This document shows, one piece after another, positions 28,551-40,597 of a stretch of DNA of 64,000 bases. The position numbers and the translations under genes are program-made. Position 1 is the stretch's first letter. Every line of letters begins with the position of its first letter. The stretch is from Eledone cirrhosa (taxonomy: Eukaryota). The stretch spans positions 11,904,001 through 11,968,000 of the forward strand of contig OZ024756.1 in the NCBI GenBank assembly GCA_964016885.1, given 5' to 3'. The notes under the pieces are model-generated. The model saw only the letters and a list, made by a program, of their open reading frames with translations. It ran no database searches and was not told where the DNA came from.

Positions 28551-29686
28551 ATAAGTCTCTAGCTGTGTCATTCTCGATAAAAGCACCGGATATGTAGTCC
28601 TGATGATTTCTAACGAGAATGAAACGCGTAGATTACTTCCCTTGCTTTTATCGAGAATCTAATTGTAATACGTGACGTATTCTATTCTATAGCGATTAGG
28701 TCTTCAAAATGTTTATTATAAACATACAGAATATTTTCGAATATTCTATGTCTATATTCACATATATATCGCTATTTCAGAGCATTTATTCCAATTTCTA
28801 ATTTCTGCCGGACCGGCAACCGCTCTTTCAAACCAGTTCCTGTACACAGCTAAGTATTCTATAAGTCTCTAGCTGTGTCATTCTCGATAAAAGCACCGGA
28901 TATGTAGTCCTGATGATTTCTAACGAGAATGAAACGCGTAGATTACTTCCCTTGCTTTTATCGAGAATCTAATTGTAATACGTGACGTATTCTATTCTAT
29001 AGCGATTAGGTCTTCAAAATGTTTATTATAAACATACAGAATATTTTCGAATATTCTATGTCTATATTCACATATATATCGCTATTTCAGAGCATTTATT
29101 CCAATTTCTAATTTCTGCCGGACCGGCAACCGCTCTTTCAAACCAGTTCCTGTACACAGCTAAGTATTCTATAAGTCTCTAGCTGTGTCATTCTCGATAA
29201 AAGCACCGGATATGTAGTCCTGATGATTTCTAACGAGAATGAAACGCGTAGATTACTTCCCTTGCTTTTATCGAGAATCTAATTGTAATACGTGACATAT
29301 TCTATTCTATAGCGATTAGGTCTTCAAAATGTTTATTATAAACATACAGAATATTTTCGAATATTCTATGTCTATATTCACATATATATCGCTATTTCAG
29401 AGCATTTATTCCAATTTCTAATTTCTGCCGGACCGGCAACCGCTCTTTCAAACCAGTTCCTGTACACAGCTAAGTATTCTATAAGTCTCTAGCTGTGTCA
29501 TTCTCGATAAAAGCACCGGATATGTAGTCCTGATGATTTCTAACGAGAATGAAACGCGTAGATTACTTCCCTTGCTTTTATCGAGAATCTAATTGTAATA
29601 CGTGACGTATTCTATTCTATAGCGATTAGGTCTTCAAAATGTTTATTATAAACATACAGAATATTTTCGAATATTCTATGTCTATA

Positions 29687-29690
<4 letters not shown>
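28545..29690 (+). repeat. Inverted continuation of the 310-bp array, 3.7 units
   Basis: Reverse complement of the left array; the junction shares TATTCT (28545-28550). Confidence 0.9.
28594..28636 (+). ncRNA. Type I hammerhead ribozyme (first of 4 plus-strand copies; others start at 28904, 29214, 29524)
   Basis: GTAGTCCTGATGATTTCTAACGAGAATGAAACGCGTAGATTAC reads directly on the + strand. Confidence 0.8.
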
Positions 29691-29734
<44 letters not shown>

Positions 29735-30149
29735 TGTATTTGTGTACAGATATTTTTGCATACACAATAACAAAATATAAACAAACGTATTTATTCCACG
29801 AGGCTCGATAAGGATAAATATATATCAAATATTTAAGAACCCTAGAGCAAATCCCGGGCAACGCCGGGCCATTCTGCTAGTATATAATACAATACAATTT
29901 AATGTATTTCATTTAAGTGACAATGAACTGTACATGCCCTCTCACCACATTGCAGGCCCCACCCCATTTAGGGGTCTTCCCATTGAATCTTCTTCAATTG
30001 TTGGCAAAACTTACCATGAACTTTTGCATAATTCCTTATAATGTTATTTGTGAGAAGAACAGAGAGAGAGACAGACAGACAGGTGGATGGCTGGATGCAT
30101 GAAATCAGATGACACACTCTCACGCACGCCTCTACATATGTATATATGG

Positions 30150-30693
30150 TTGACTGAGAACGTGTGTGTATGTGTATATATATGCATGTGAGAACGTGTG
30201 TGTATGTGTATATGCATGTGAGAATGTGTGTGTGTGTGTGTATATGCATGTGAGAACGTGTGTGTATGTGTATATGCATGTGAGAATGTGTTTGTATGTG
30301 TATATGCATGTGAAAACGTGTGTGTATGTGTATATGCATGTGAAAACGTGTGTGTATGTGTATATGCATGTGAGAACGTGTGTATGTGTATATGCATGTG
30401 AGAATGTGTGTGTATGTGTATATGCATGTGAGAATGTGTGTGTATGTGTATATGCATGTGAAAACGTGTGTGTATATGCATGTGAGAACGTGTGTTTATG
30501 TGTATATGTGTGTGTATGTGTATATGCATGTGAGGATGTGTGTTTATGTGTATATGTGTGTGTATGTGTATATGCATGTGAGGACGTGTGTTTATGTGTA
30601 TATGTGTGTGTATGTGTATATGCATGTGAGGACGTGTGTTTATGTGTATATGTGTGTGTATGTGTATATGCATGTGAGGACGTGTGTTTATGT
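30150..30693. repeat. ~30-bp TG-rich minisatellite (GTATATGCATGTGAGAACGTGTGT...)
   Basis: Direct inspection. Confidence 0.92.
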
Positions 30694-31004
30694 AACTCCA
30701 CAGAGACTCATCTATTTAGGCTTTCGTTAATGTTGTCAAGAGTTCAGTTGTTGGTATGAGTAAATCACATTTGCTCTGTTAATTCTGGTTCCAACATCAA
30801 ACTGGTGCATTACTCTCTATCATATTTACTTGATGGAATAAAATGTGTGTGTGTGGGGGGGGCACAAAACAAAGCATAAAAGGGGGTTATTGAGCTGGCA
30901 TCACAGAAAACCATATTCTCGTCTCCTATACATAATGGGGAAATAAGAGAACTGTTTATTTTTCTTTAACCTATTAAAAGTGTTTCGATGTACAATTTAT
31001 GATT

Positions 31005-31543
31005 GGAGGCACGTGGCTTAGTGGTTAGAGCATTCGGCTTGCAATCGAAAGGTTGTGAGTTCAATTCCCAGACCGGGTGATGTGTTGTTTCCTTGAGCAA
31101 GACACTTTATTTCACATTGCTCCAGTTTACTCAGATGTAGAAATGAGATGATAGGACTGGGGTCCCCTATCATTCCACTGCAAAGTGGTCGTGGAGGTGC
31201 CACGGCAAAAAAAAAAAGCACCCAGCCCACTGTAAAGTGGACGTGTAGGTGCCATGGAAAAAAAAGCACCCAGCCCACACTGTAAAGTGGACGTGTAGGC
31301 GCCACGGAAAAAAAAGCACCCAACCCACACAGTAAAGTGGTCGTGGAGGCGCCACGGAAAAAAAAGCACCCAACCCACACAGTAAAGTGGACGTGGAGGC
31401 GCCACGGAAAAAAAAGTACCCAGCACTCACTGTAAATGAGGTTGGTGTTAGGAAGGGCATCCAGCTGAATAAATCAAGCCAGAATCAGTTCCCGTCCCAC
31501 CCTTGCAAGCAGGGAAAAGTGGACGTAAAAGTATGATGATGAT
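31005..31543 (+). mobile_element. SINE family A copy with an internal ~60-bp tandem expansion
   Basis: tRNA head and tail intact; four copies of AAAGTGGxCGTGGAGG...AAAGCACCCAGC at ~31180-31430. Confidence 0.9.
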
Positions 31544-31729
31544 AGTTGTACTATTGCTACCCAAATGATAGCCTGGACTGCAGAACTCCAGTTTCCACCT
31601 TACAGTTACAGAATGGAGAAAAGTAGAGTACTGCATGGGAGACATGTTGAAATAACCAACTGACAGAGCTCACAGGTGGACGGTGGACAGTGGGGGGGGG
31701 GGGGAGTGGGGGGGGTTAATGATGGAATC

Positions 31730-32932
31730 TGTGTGTGTGTGTATTGATGTGTACATATGTGTGTGTGTATATATGTGTTTGTGTGTATTGATGTGTATAT
31801 ATGTGTTTGTGTGTATTGATGTGTATATATGTGTTTGTGTGTATTGATGTGTATATATGTGTTTGTGTGTATATTGATGTGTATATATGTGTTTGTGTGT
31901 ATATTGATGTGTACATATGTGTTTGTGTGTGTATTGATGTGTATATATGTGTTTGTGTGTGTATTGATGTGTACGTGTGTGTAGTGATGTGTATATATGT
32001 AATTGTGTGTATTGATGTGTATATATGTGTTTGTGTGTGTATTGATGTGTACATATGTGTTTGTGTGTGTGTATTGATGTGTACATATGTGTTTGTGTGT
32101 GTATTGATGTGTATATATGTGTTTGTGTGTATTGATGTGTATATATGTGTTTGTGTGTGTATTGATGTGTATATATGTGTTTGTATGTGTGTATTGATGT
32201 GTTTGTGTGTATTGATGTGTTTGTGTGTGTATTGATGTGTACATATGTGTTTGTGTGTGTAGTGATGTGTATATATGTAATTGTGTGTATTGATGTGTAT
32301 ATATGTGTTTGTGTGTGTGTATTGATGTGTATATATGTGTTTGTGTGTATTGATGTGTGCGTGTGTGTAGTGATGTGTATATATGTAATTGTGTGTATTG
32401 ATGTGTATATATGTGTTTGTGTGTGTATTGATGTGTACATATGTGTTTGTGTGTGTGTATTGATGTGTATATATGTGTTTGTGTGTATTGATGTGTACGT
32501 GTGTGTAGTGATGTGTATATATGTAATTGTGTGTATTGATGTGTATATATGTGTTTGTGTGTGTATTGATGTGTACATATGTGTTTGTGTGTGTGTATTG
32601 ATGTGTATATATGTGTTTGTGTGTATTGATGTGTATATATGTGTGTGTGTGTATATTGATGTGTATGTTTGTGTGTGTGTATTGATGTGTATATATATGT
32701 GTGTGTGTGTGTATTGATGTGTATGTATGTGTGTGTGTGTATTGATGTGTATGTTTGTGTTTGTGTGTGTATATATGTGTTTGTGTGTATTGATGTGTAT
32801 ATATGTGTTTGTGTGTGTATTGATGTGTACATATGTGTTTGTGTGTGTGTGTATTGATGTGTATATATGAGTTTGTGTGTGTATTGATGTGTATATATGT
32901 GTTTGTGTGTATTGATGTGTGTTTGTGTGTGC
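31730..32932. repeat. TG-rich minisatellite (GTATTGATGTGTATATATGTGTTTGTGT)
   Basis: Direct inspection. Confidence 0.93.
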
Positions 32933-33045
32933 ATGTTTGTAGGAAGTAGATATCCTCTACATTTTTTTCCTTTCCTCTTGTGCTTCTCTTTCATCTTCTG
33001 TCTTTCCAAAGAAATCAGGAAGTTAAAAGCAATTGGTTAATATGG

Positions 33046-33083
<38 letters not shown>

Positions 33084-33084
33084 T

Positions 33085-33470
33085 TTCATCATCATCATCA
33101 TTTTACGTCCACTTTTCCCTGCTTACAAGGGTGGGACGGGAACTGATTCTGGCTTGATTTCTACAGCTGGATGCCCTTCCTAACACGAACCTCATTTACA
33201 GTGAGTGCTGGGTGCTTTTTTCCGTGGCGCCTACACGTCCACTTTACAGTGTGGGCTGGGTGCTTAATTGCCGTGGCACCTGCACGACCACTTTGCAGTG
33301 GAATGATAGGGACCCCAGTCCTATCATCTCATTTCTACAGCTGAGTAAACTGGAGCAATGTGAAATAAAGTGTCTTGCTCAAGGAAACAACACATCACCC
33401 GGTCTGAGAATTGAACTCACAACCTTTCGATTGCAAGGCCAATGCTCTAACCAATAAGCCATGTTCCTCC
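33085..33470 (-). mobile_element. SINE family A copy (two internal units)
   Basis: Reverse complement of family A; flanked by TA tracts. Confidence 0.9.
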
Positions 33471-34469
33471 TATATATATATATATATATATTTGTTTTGC
33501 AAGGTTTTTGATATGAAATCGTGTGTCAAAACAAATATTGTCATACTTGGGGAGGGTCATATTGTTATAATAATATTGCCAGAAATAATAACAGAACACA
33601 CTCACTGTTTGGTTGGTTTTCGCTTCTGCATCTTTTATATCTCCATAGTTAATTTATTTGGCCATCAGCGTTTATCATTGATTGACCAATGGTTAAAAAT
33701 ACAGATATAAAAATATATATATATATATATATATAGTCTATCAAAGTTCTTTCGTTGCACATCTGCAACATCATCAGTGGTACTATTATGTTTCCTCCTG
33801 TTGTGCTGTATGTCTACTCCATTTTTATTTTTATTTATTTATTCTTGTCTCTGCGCATGCGTTTGCATGTGTGTATAATGTTTGATGTGTGTGTTCGTGT
33901 TTGGGTGTATGTGTTTTTGTATTCTATCTTTGTTTACCAGTGTGTGTTTATATGTGTTTGTTGTTATTGTACTTGTGTATATATTTATTTATTTATATTT
34001 CCCTTAAGTCAGTAATGTGTGTTTGGGTATGGTTGTTGTTGTTATTCCATTCGAGTTACGTCCCTTTATGGTCTGAGTTCAAATCCCGCTGAGGTTAACT
34101 TTGCCTTTCATCCTTACGGGATCGATAAAATAAAGCACCAGTAATGCACTGGGATAATTGCTGGCCTTGTACTAAAAAGTAGAAAGAATTATATTTCAAT
34201 ATATGTAGTTATATATGTAGCTATATCCACATGTATGTGTATATAAATATATATATGTGTATGTAAGTATTTGGTGAGGAGGGTGATTTTGGACACCCTG
34301 CAGGACAAAAAACAAATCCCGCACAGGCATTGCACGATAGAATTAATTAATAATTATTAATAATGGTATATCGTGCAATGACCATACTTGATAACGTGGG
34401 GGCAGCCATCATGTATACATGTATGTATATATATGTATGTGTGTGTGTATATATATATATATATATGTC

Positions 34470-35122
34470 TGTATACATATTATGAGGTGTGTCTATGTAC
34501 GTATACATATTATGAGGTGTGCGTATGTACGTATACATATGAGGTGTGCGTATGTACGTGTACATATTATGAGGTGTGCGTATGTATGTGTACATATTAT
34601 GAGGTGTGCGTATGTACGTGTACATATTATGAGGTGTGCGTATGTATACATATGAGGTGTGTGTATGTACGTATACATATTATGAGGTGTCTATGTACGT
34701 GTACATATTATGAAGTGTGTGTATGTACCTGTACATATTATGAGATGTGTCTATGTACGTATACATATTATGAGGTGTGTCTATGTACGTATACATATTA
34801 TGAGGTACGTGTATGTACGTGTATATATTATGAGGTGTGTGTATGTATGTGTACATATTATGAGGTGGTGTGTCTATGTACGTATACATATTATGAGGTG
34901 TGCGTATGTACGTGTACATATTATGAGGTGTGTATATGTACGTGTACATATGAGGTGGTGTGTGTATGTACGTATACATATTATGAGGTGTGTGTATGTA
35001 CGTGTACATATTATGAGGTGTGTGTATGTATGTATACATATTATGAGGTGTGCGTATGTACGTATACATATTATGAGGTGTGCGTATGTATATACATATT
35101 ATGAGGTGTGTGTATGTACGTA
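34470..35122. repeat. ~33-bp minisatellite (ACATATTATGAGGTGTGCGTATGTACGTAT...)
   Basis: Direct inspection. Confidence 0.92.
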
Positions 35123-35246
35123 TCTATATTATTATTGTTCATAAATATATTTTTCAATCATGACAACTTATTAGTAAAGCTTTATAAGAAATAGTTTCCC
35201 AGGAGCCACCACATGGAGGTTAGTTTGGCTTGGTCCCTTGTGTATA

Positions 35247-36713
35247 CAGTGATACCTCGCAGTACGAGTTTAATTTGCTCCATGACCGAGCTCATTTTAT
35301 TATTTACTTGTTTTATAAATCAACTTTCCCCATTGAAAGTAATTTAAATATAAATAATCCATTCCAGTCCCCAAACCACCCCGAAATCATTTTTTTTTTT
35401 TTTTTTTTTTTGTGGGTTTTAAAATAGAAAAGGTGCAGTTACAAGGAAAAGGACATCATCATAATCACCGTTTTACGCCTGTTCTTCCACACTGGCATGG
35501 GTTACACGGGTTGTCCTGTTGTGGGCAGTGTCTGGTCGGCTGACCTGGTCTTGCTCATACGGGAACTGATTCTGGCTTGATTTCTACAGCTGGGTGCCCT
35601 TCCTAACACCAATTATAAAAACAAAATAAAAGAGAATGTAAAAGAAATCTGTAAACTGGTTTTATTAATTTAATTACCTTAAAGATGGGACGGTTGGTAT
35701 ACGAGAAAGATGATGGAATGGGGAGGAGGAGAATCTCCTGCCATTAAGACTCCAGGAAGAACAATTTATGGCATTTTCTCTCTCATTTAGAAACATATCT
35801 TAGAAACATATCTCTTCCAGGGAACCAGTCTCTTCCACTAATTATTATTACATAATAGCAAAAAACACACAAAATTAAAGAAAAATATACTGGGAAAAAC
35901 ATAATAGGGAATCTGCCACAAAGAGATAATCACGTGACCTGAGTGTGTAGAGGCTGCATTTGTTGGGACTGTGTGTGTGGAGGTTGCACTTGTTGGGAGA
36001 GTGTGTGGAGGCTACCCTCGTTGGGAGAGTGTGTGGCGGCTGCGCTTATTGGGAGAGTGTGTGGAGGCTGCGCTTATTGGGAGAGTGTGTGGAGGCTGCG
36101 CTTGTTGGGAGAGTGTGTGGAGGCTGCGCTTATTGGGAGAGTGTGTGGAGGCTGCGCTTATTGGGAGAGTGTGTGGAGGCTGCGCTTGTTGGGAGAGTGT
36201 GTGGAGGCTGCACTTGTTGGGAGAGTGTGTGGAGGCTGCACTTGTTGGGAGAGTGTGTGGAGGCTGCACTTGTTGGGAGAGTGTGTGGAGGCTGCACTTG
36301 TTGGGAGAGTGTGTGGAGGCTGCACTTGTTGGGAGAGTGTGTGGAGGCTGCACTTGTTGGGAGAGTGTGTGGAGGCTGCCCTTGTTGGTAGAGTGTGTGG
36401 AGGCTGCGTTTGTTGAGAGAGTGTGTGGAGGCTGCACTTGTTGGGAGAGTGTGTGGAGGCTGCACTTGTTGGGAGAGTGTGTGGAGGCTGCACTTGTTGG
36501 GAGAGTGTGTGGAGGCTGCCCTTGTTGGGAGAGTGTGTGGAGGCTGCCCTTGTTGGTAGAGTGTGTGGAGGCTGCGTTTGTTGAGAGAGTGTGTGCGAGC
36601 TCACTACCGACTAACGGTCGCTTGTATGAAACTCACTTGTACTACAAGACAAAAATTTGCCTGAGCCTCAGCTCGTACAGCTAATTATTGGTACAATGGG
36701 GATGTTTCTCCTG
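35247..36713. mobile_element. Probable pogo/Tigger-like non-autonomous DNA transposon
   Basis: Left end TA|CAGTGATACCTCG; degenerate right end ...CTG|TA; contains a SINE tail fragment and the 28-bp satellite. Confidence 0.45.
35941..36595. repeat. 28-bp satellite (GAGTGTGTGGAGGCTGCACTTGTTGGGA), ~23 copies
   Basis: Direct inspection. Confidence 0.95.
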
Positions 36714-36756
36714 TATGTATGTATATATATATATATATGTGACCTAACCAACTGTT

Positions 36757-37340
36757 ATTATGTCAGGTCACCAGTTGGTGCTACTGGTAACATGTATCCC
36801 AGTACAACCTGTCTCATGGTCGGGTTGTTGGTGACTAAACTGGCAACCCCACCAAGGTTTCTTGGTGAGGAGGGTGACTTTGGACATCCTGCAGGACTAA
36901 AAACAAAACCTGTCATAGGGCAAAGGAGCTCTTAAGAGTCAATGGCCATCCAAAATCACCGGGAGAGATGACCCCTTAGCCTTTGTCAAGGCAGAATTCT
37001 AGGAGAAGGAAAACTCTGATATAACACCTGCAACCCTGATGGTATCCAATGATGTTGACTTATTCTTCTTTTTGGTAAATATCATCTTGGTTAAGAGAGT
37101 GGGACTGGCTTTGTGCAGTGCCTTTGCTCACTATAAAAGTTACACGGCACAAGCATTGCTTTATATCTGGAGATCTCTCTGCACTTGTCATCACATGGTA
37201 CCATGGGCCCAGCACTATGTGTCAATAATTGTCACAAGTCTAGTGTTTGTACCAGAGTTTTCAAGTCGCTGGCTGGACTAAAAAGTCACTCTCGTTCAGC
37301 GCATCGGTAGGGGTTCTCGAAAACGAGTTGGCAGCCACCA
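36757..37340 (-). mobile_element. ~600-bp dispersed repeat, copy 2
   Basis: Reverse complement of 14262-14866. Confidence 0.8.
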
Positions 37341-37538
37341 TATATATATGTATATATATATATATGTTAAAATAACAGATTAAAGTTTAAGCAAAGAATC
37401 ACTGCTTGAGAATTCTTTGCTTAAACTTTAATCTGTTATTTTAATAAATATTTGCTCTTAGGGTTCTTATATATTTGATATATATTTATCCTTATCGAGC
37501 CCTCTTTGGATTTCAGTCTTCTTCGCATTTATTATTAT

Positions 37539-37580
<42 letters not shown>

Positions 37581-37589
<9 letters not shown>

Positions 37590-38051
37590 TAAACAAATAA
37601 TGAATAAACAATTCCTTATATTAAACAAAAAAAGTTCATTATTTAACGATCGTTTCTAGGATATATATGTGTTAGAATTGGTATGCATATTCAACAGATC
37701 TATGTACAAAATTAATTATTTCTGAAGACGGCGTATATATGTGTTTGGTATGTATATTTAATCTTGATAATTTGTATAATTTTGTATAATTTTGTACATA
37801 GATCTGTTGAATATGCATACCAATTCTAACACATATATATCCTAGAAACGATCGTTAAATAATGAACTTTTTTTGTTTAATATAAGGAATTGTTTATTCA
37901 TTATTTGTTTAATATTTTATCTTGACTCTGTATACCGTTTATCTTTCACCGAAAGTGGTTTTTCATTACATCTCTTCTTTCCATGATATCCGGAATACAT
38001 TGAGTTCTTCATACGGATTGGACACTACCGTAAACTCTTGGTAGATTTATC

Positions 38052-38053
<2 letters not shown>
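37581..38053. mobile_element. Fold-back PLE pLTR-like element (134-bp arms plus tail) within (TA)n
   Basis: Arms 37581-37714 and 37787-37920 are reverse complements; tail to ~38053; TA tracts on both sides. Confidence 0.85.
37715..37863 (+). ncRNA. Type I hammerhead ribozyme with an extended stem II
   Basis: ATTATTT-CTGAAGA-[~116-nt imperfect hairpin]-GAAAC-gatc-GTT-AAATAAT; stem I 7 bp perfect; palindromic stem III ACGATCGT. Confidence 0.7.
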
Positions 38054-38104
<51 letters not shown>

Positions 38105-39734
38105 CCATATGCATCATTTGTCCATAGCAGCACAGTCTTGGGTTCTTGCCACTAACTGATCCTGCACTTCTCCCACATATAAAGTCTACCTTTACTGTTT
38201 GTCTTCCTACATTTCACTCCATTACGTGACTGGTACTTTATTTTATTAACCTAGAAAAGATAATGAAAGGCAATGTTGACCTCAGCAAGATTTGAACTCA
38301 GAATCTAAAGAACTGGAACCAACATTGTCATGGCCATCAAAGCTGTACCAATTCTCTACTCCAAATAATAATTGTTTCTACTTTTGGCACAAGGCCAGCA
38401 AATACCCAGTGCATTACTGGTACTTTATTTTATCGACTGTGTAAGGATGAAAGGCAAAGTTAACCTCCGTGGGATTTGAAATCAGAATCTAAAGAACTGG
38501 AATTCAGATTATAATCACACAATTCCATGCTCTACCAATTCTGCCACAACAAATAATAATAATAATGATGATGATGATGATTGCGAATAATCTCATTTTT
38601 GTTTTGAAAACTGCTTTTAAACAATGTACTACACACACACACACACACACACGCACTGTTTACTCTTGAATTTAAAATATATGTCAATTGTTTTTACTGA
38701 ATAATGAAGAACAACTTGTTTGTTTTTAATAGTTGTGGTGAATTTTTTTATTTTTTTTATTTAAAAAACAAAACCAAAAACCTGAGGAAGTGAAATTCTC
38801 TCTAGATATAACATGGTAAATGCAATTTGATAAAGGAAAAAATTCAAACGTTAAATTTTTTTGTAAATTTTGAATTTTCACTGCTTTCAAATAGTTTATT
38901 AATATAGAAATGTTTTAAAATTTCAATTTAATTTATATTTTTCTTCTTCCTTGAAATGTGTGGCTTGGACGATATTTTGAAATTTGTGTAAACAGTTTGT
39001 TTTTTTTAATGTGGTTCAAATTCTCATTTTTATGTAGTGAACAGTATGACAAATCAAACAGTGTGCATTTTCTGTATTTTCTTCAATAAAATAGATTGCA
39101 GACATTAAAATAAAATTTAAATTTAAAAAAATAACAAATTCCAGTTTCACCCATAAAAAATTAGAATATAAAAAAAAAAATGAAAAAAAAACAAACAAAA
39201 AGAATTGTTAACATTTAAGAATAAAATTGCATTTTTCATGCTGAAATTTTCTAAATGAATTTTAAGGTTTCTGCACTCTCTATTAACTTTACATTGTAAA
39301 GTCTAATTTAGTTTTTAAAAACAAATGTAAAATAGACATTGCTAGCATTCCTTATTCTTTGAGAGGTCTTTGTAAGGAATTTAGTGTTCAATGGTTAGCT
39401 GATTCTTCTGGTCGCAACAGCCTTTGCTGACAAAACTACACATACACATTCACATATATATATATATAGAGAGAGAGAGATATGGGAGTGTCCACAACAA
39501 ATTAGTAAACCATGCTCAAGGATGTGCGTTTCACTGACGTTCAGTTTGCTAATTTGTTGTGGAAATAACTCTATACTGAACTCATCCTTTGGACCGAGTG
39601 CTCCACTTGTTATGGATGTAACCTCCCAGTTTTTTTTACCACTATATAGATAAAAAAAAATTTTCAGGTAAATTATTGGATTTTTCAAAATTTAAAGGTT
39701 TCTTGGAAACTTTCAATGTTTATTTTAGGTTTTG

Positions 39735-39792
39735 CCATCTGAAGAGCTCAGGCTGTCATAACTGATAGCCCTCAGAGAAATATGTATAACGG
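39735..39792 (+). ncRNA. Degenerate type I hammerhead
   Basis: CCAT-CTGAAGA-...GGCTGTCA taac TGATAGCC...-GAAAT-atgt-ATA-ACGG; stem I has one mismatch. Confidence 0.5.
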
Positions 39793-40074
39793 AGTTTTAA
39801 ATAAACCTGAATCAACTGAATATGGTCTCCGATCTTTTGTTAATGTATAATGCTCTGACTTGCACCATTTATACAGGTCGTTGAGTGCTTCTTTTTATCT
39901 GCTTCACAACTGACAGATCATGGTGTGGTTCACACATCTGTGTTCGGTTAACCCCATACTCTAATGTATATATATATATATAACGAAGGAAATGTGGTAA
40001 GGAACCAGGTGGACCATAACGCACCAAAGTACTCAATACTTGAGGTAGTAGAGTGGGTAATAGGAACCAGTAAG

Positions 40075-40168
40075 ACCCCGACAGCTGAGCTCAAGCCGTT
40101 TCGACGGCTAATTCTGGACTAAATGAAAATTTATCCTGGTATTTAAATAGCCGATCTTCTCAAGGGGT
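40075..40168 (-). ncRNA. Hammerhead in the inverted pLTR, U3-A8 core variant
   Basis: ACCCC-TTGAGAA-GAtCGGCTA...TAGCCGTC-GAAAC-ggcttgagctcagct-GTC-GGGGT. Confidence 0.65.
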
Positions 40169-40597
40169 AATTCCATATATGGTCAAAGTGATTGTCAAAA
40201 ATCAGTAGTAATTCTGTGGTTGCAAATTAGTAGGGGAGATGGTGGCTAAACCTGCCAGTAGGAGAAAGAGGGGAGGGGGTGGAGTAGACCCAATCAAGCG
40301 TTTGTAGTGCCAGCTACAGCTGGGCATGAGGTCAAAGAAAATACAGGGGAGGGGGAGGAAGTCGGAACGGTAGGTAGAACAATGGGGGGTAGAAATATAT
40401 AGGAAAGAAAAAATACTGAGAGTGAAGAAAAGCAAATAAGTGTAAAGAAAAACAAAAGAGTGTAAAGATAAAAGTAAAGTAAATTAAATTCTATGACCTA
40501 GGTCTCTAGATATTGTTAGGCTAGGAACATCACAAACAACCTGGTCAAAAACATCACAAACAACCTGGTCAAAAACATCTCCCTCCGCATATCCCGT

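Larger units (their letters stand above)
25409..29880 (+). mobile_element. Probable non-autonomous Helitron-like element interrupted by nested insertions
   Basis: 5' TCTATATATCTAAAACAGAGAATGTCTGTCTG; 3' hairpin CCCGGGCAACGCCGGG then CTAG|T at 29880. Pairing of the two ends is inferred. Confidence 0.5.

Noticed and set aside
31005-31078. tRNA gene (A/B boxes, CTTGCAA loop)
   Set aside because: It is the head of a multicopy SINE; the acceptor stem does not close.
31605-31675. Exon-like segment after the acceptor CCTTACAG
   Set aside because: Stops in all three frames and a weak donor.
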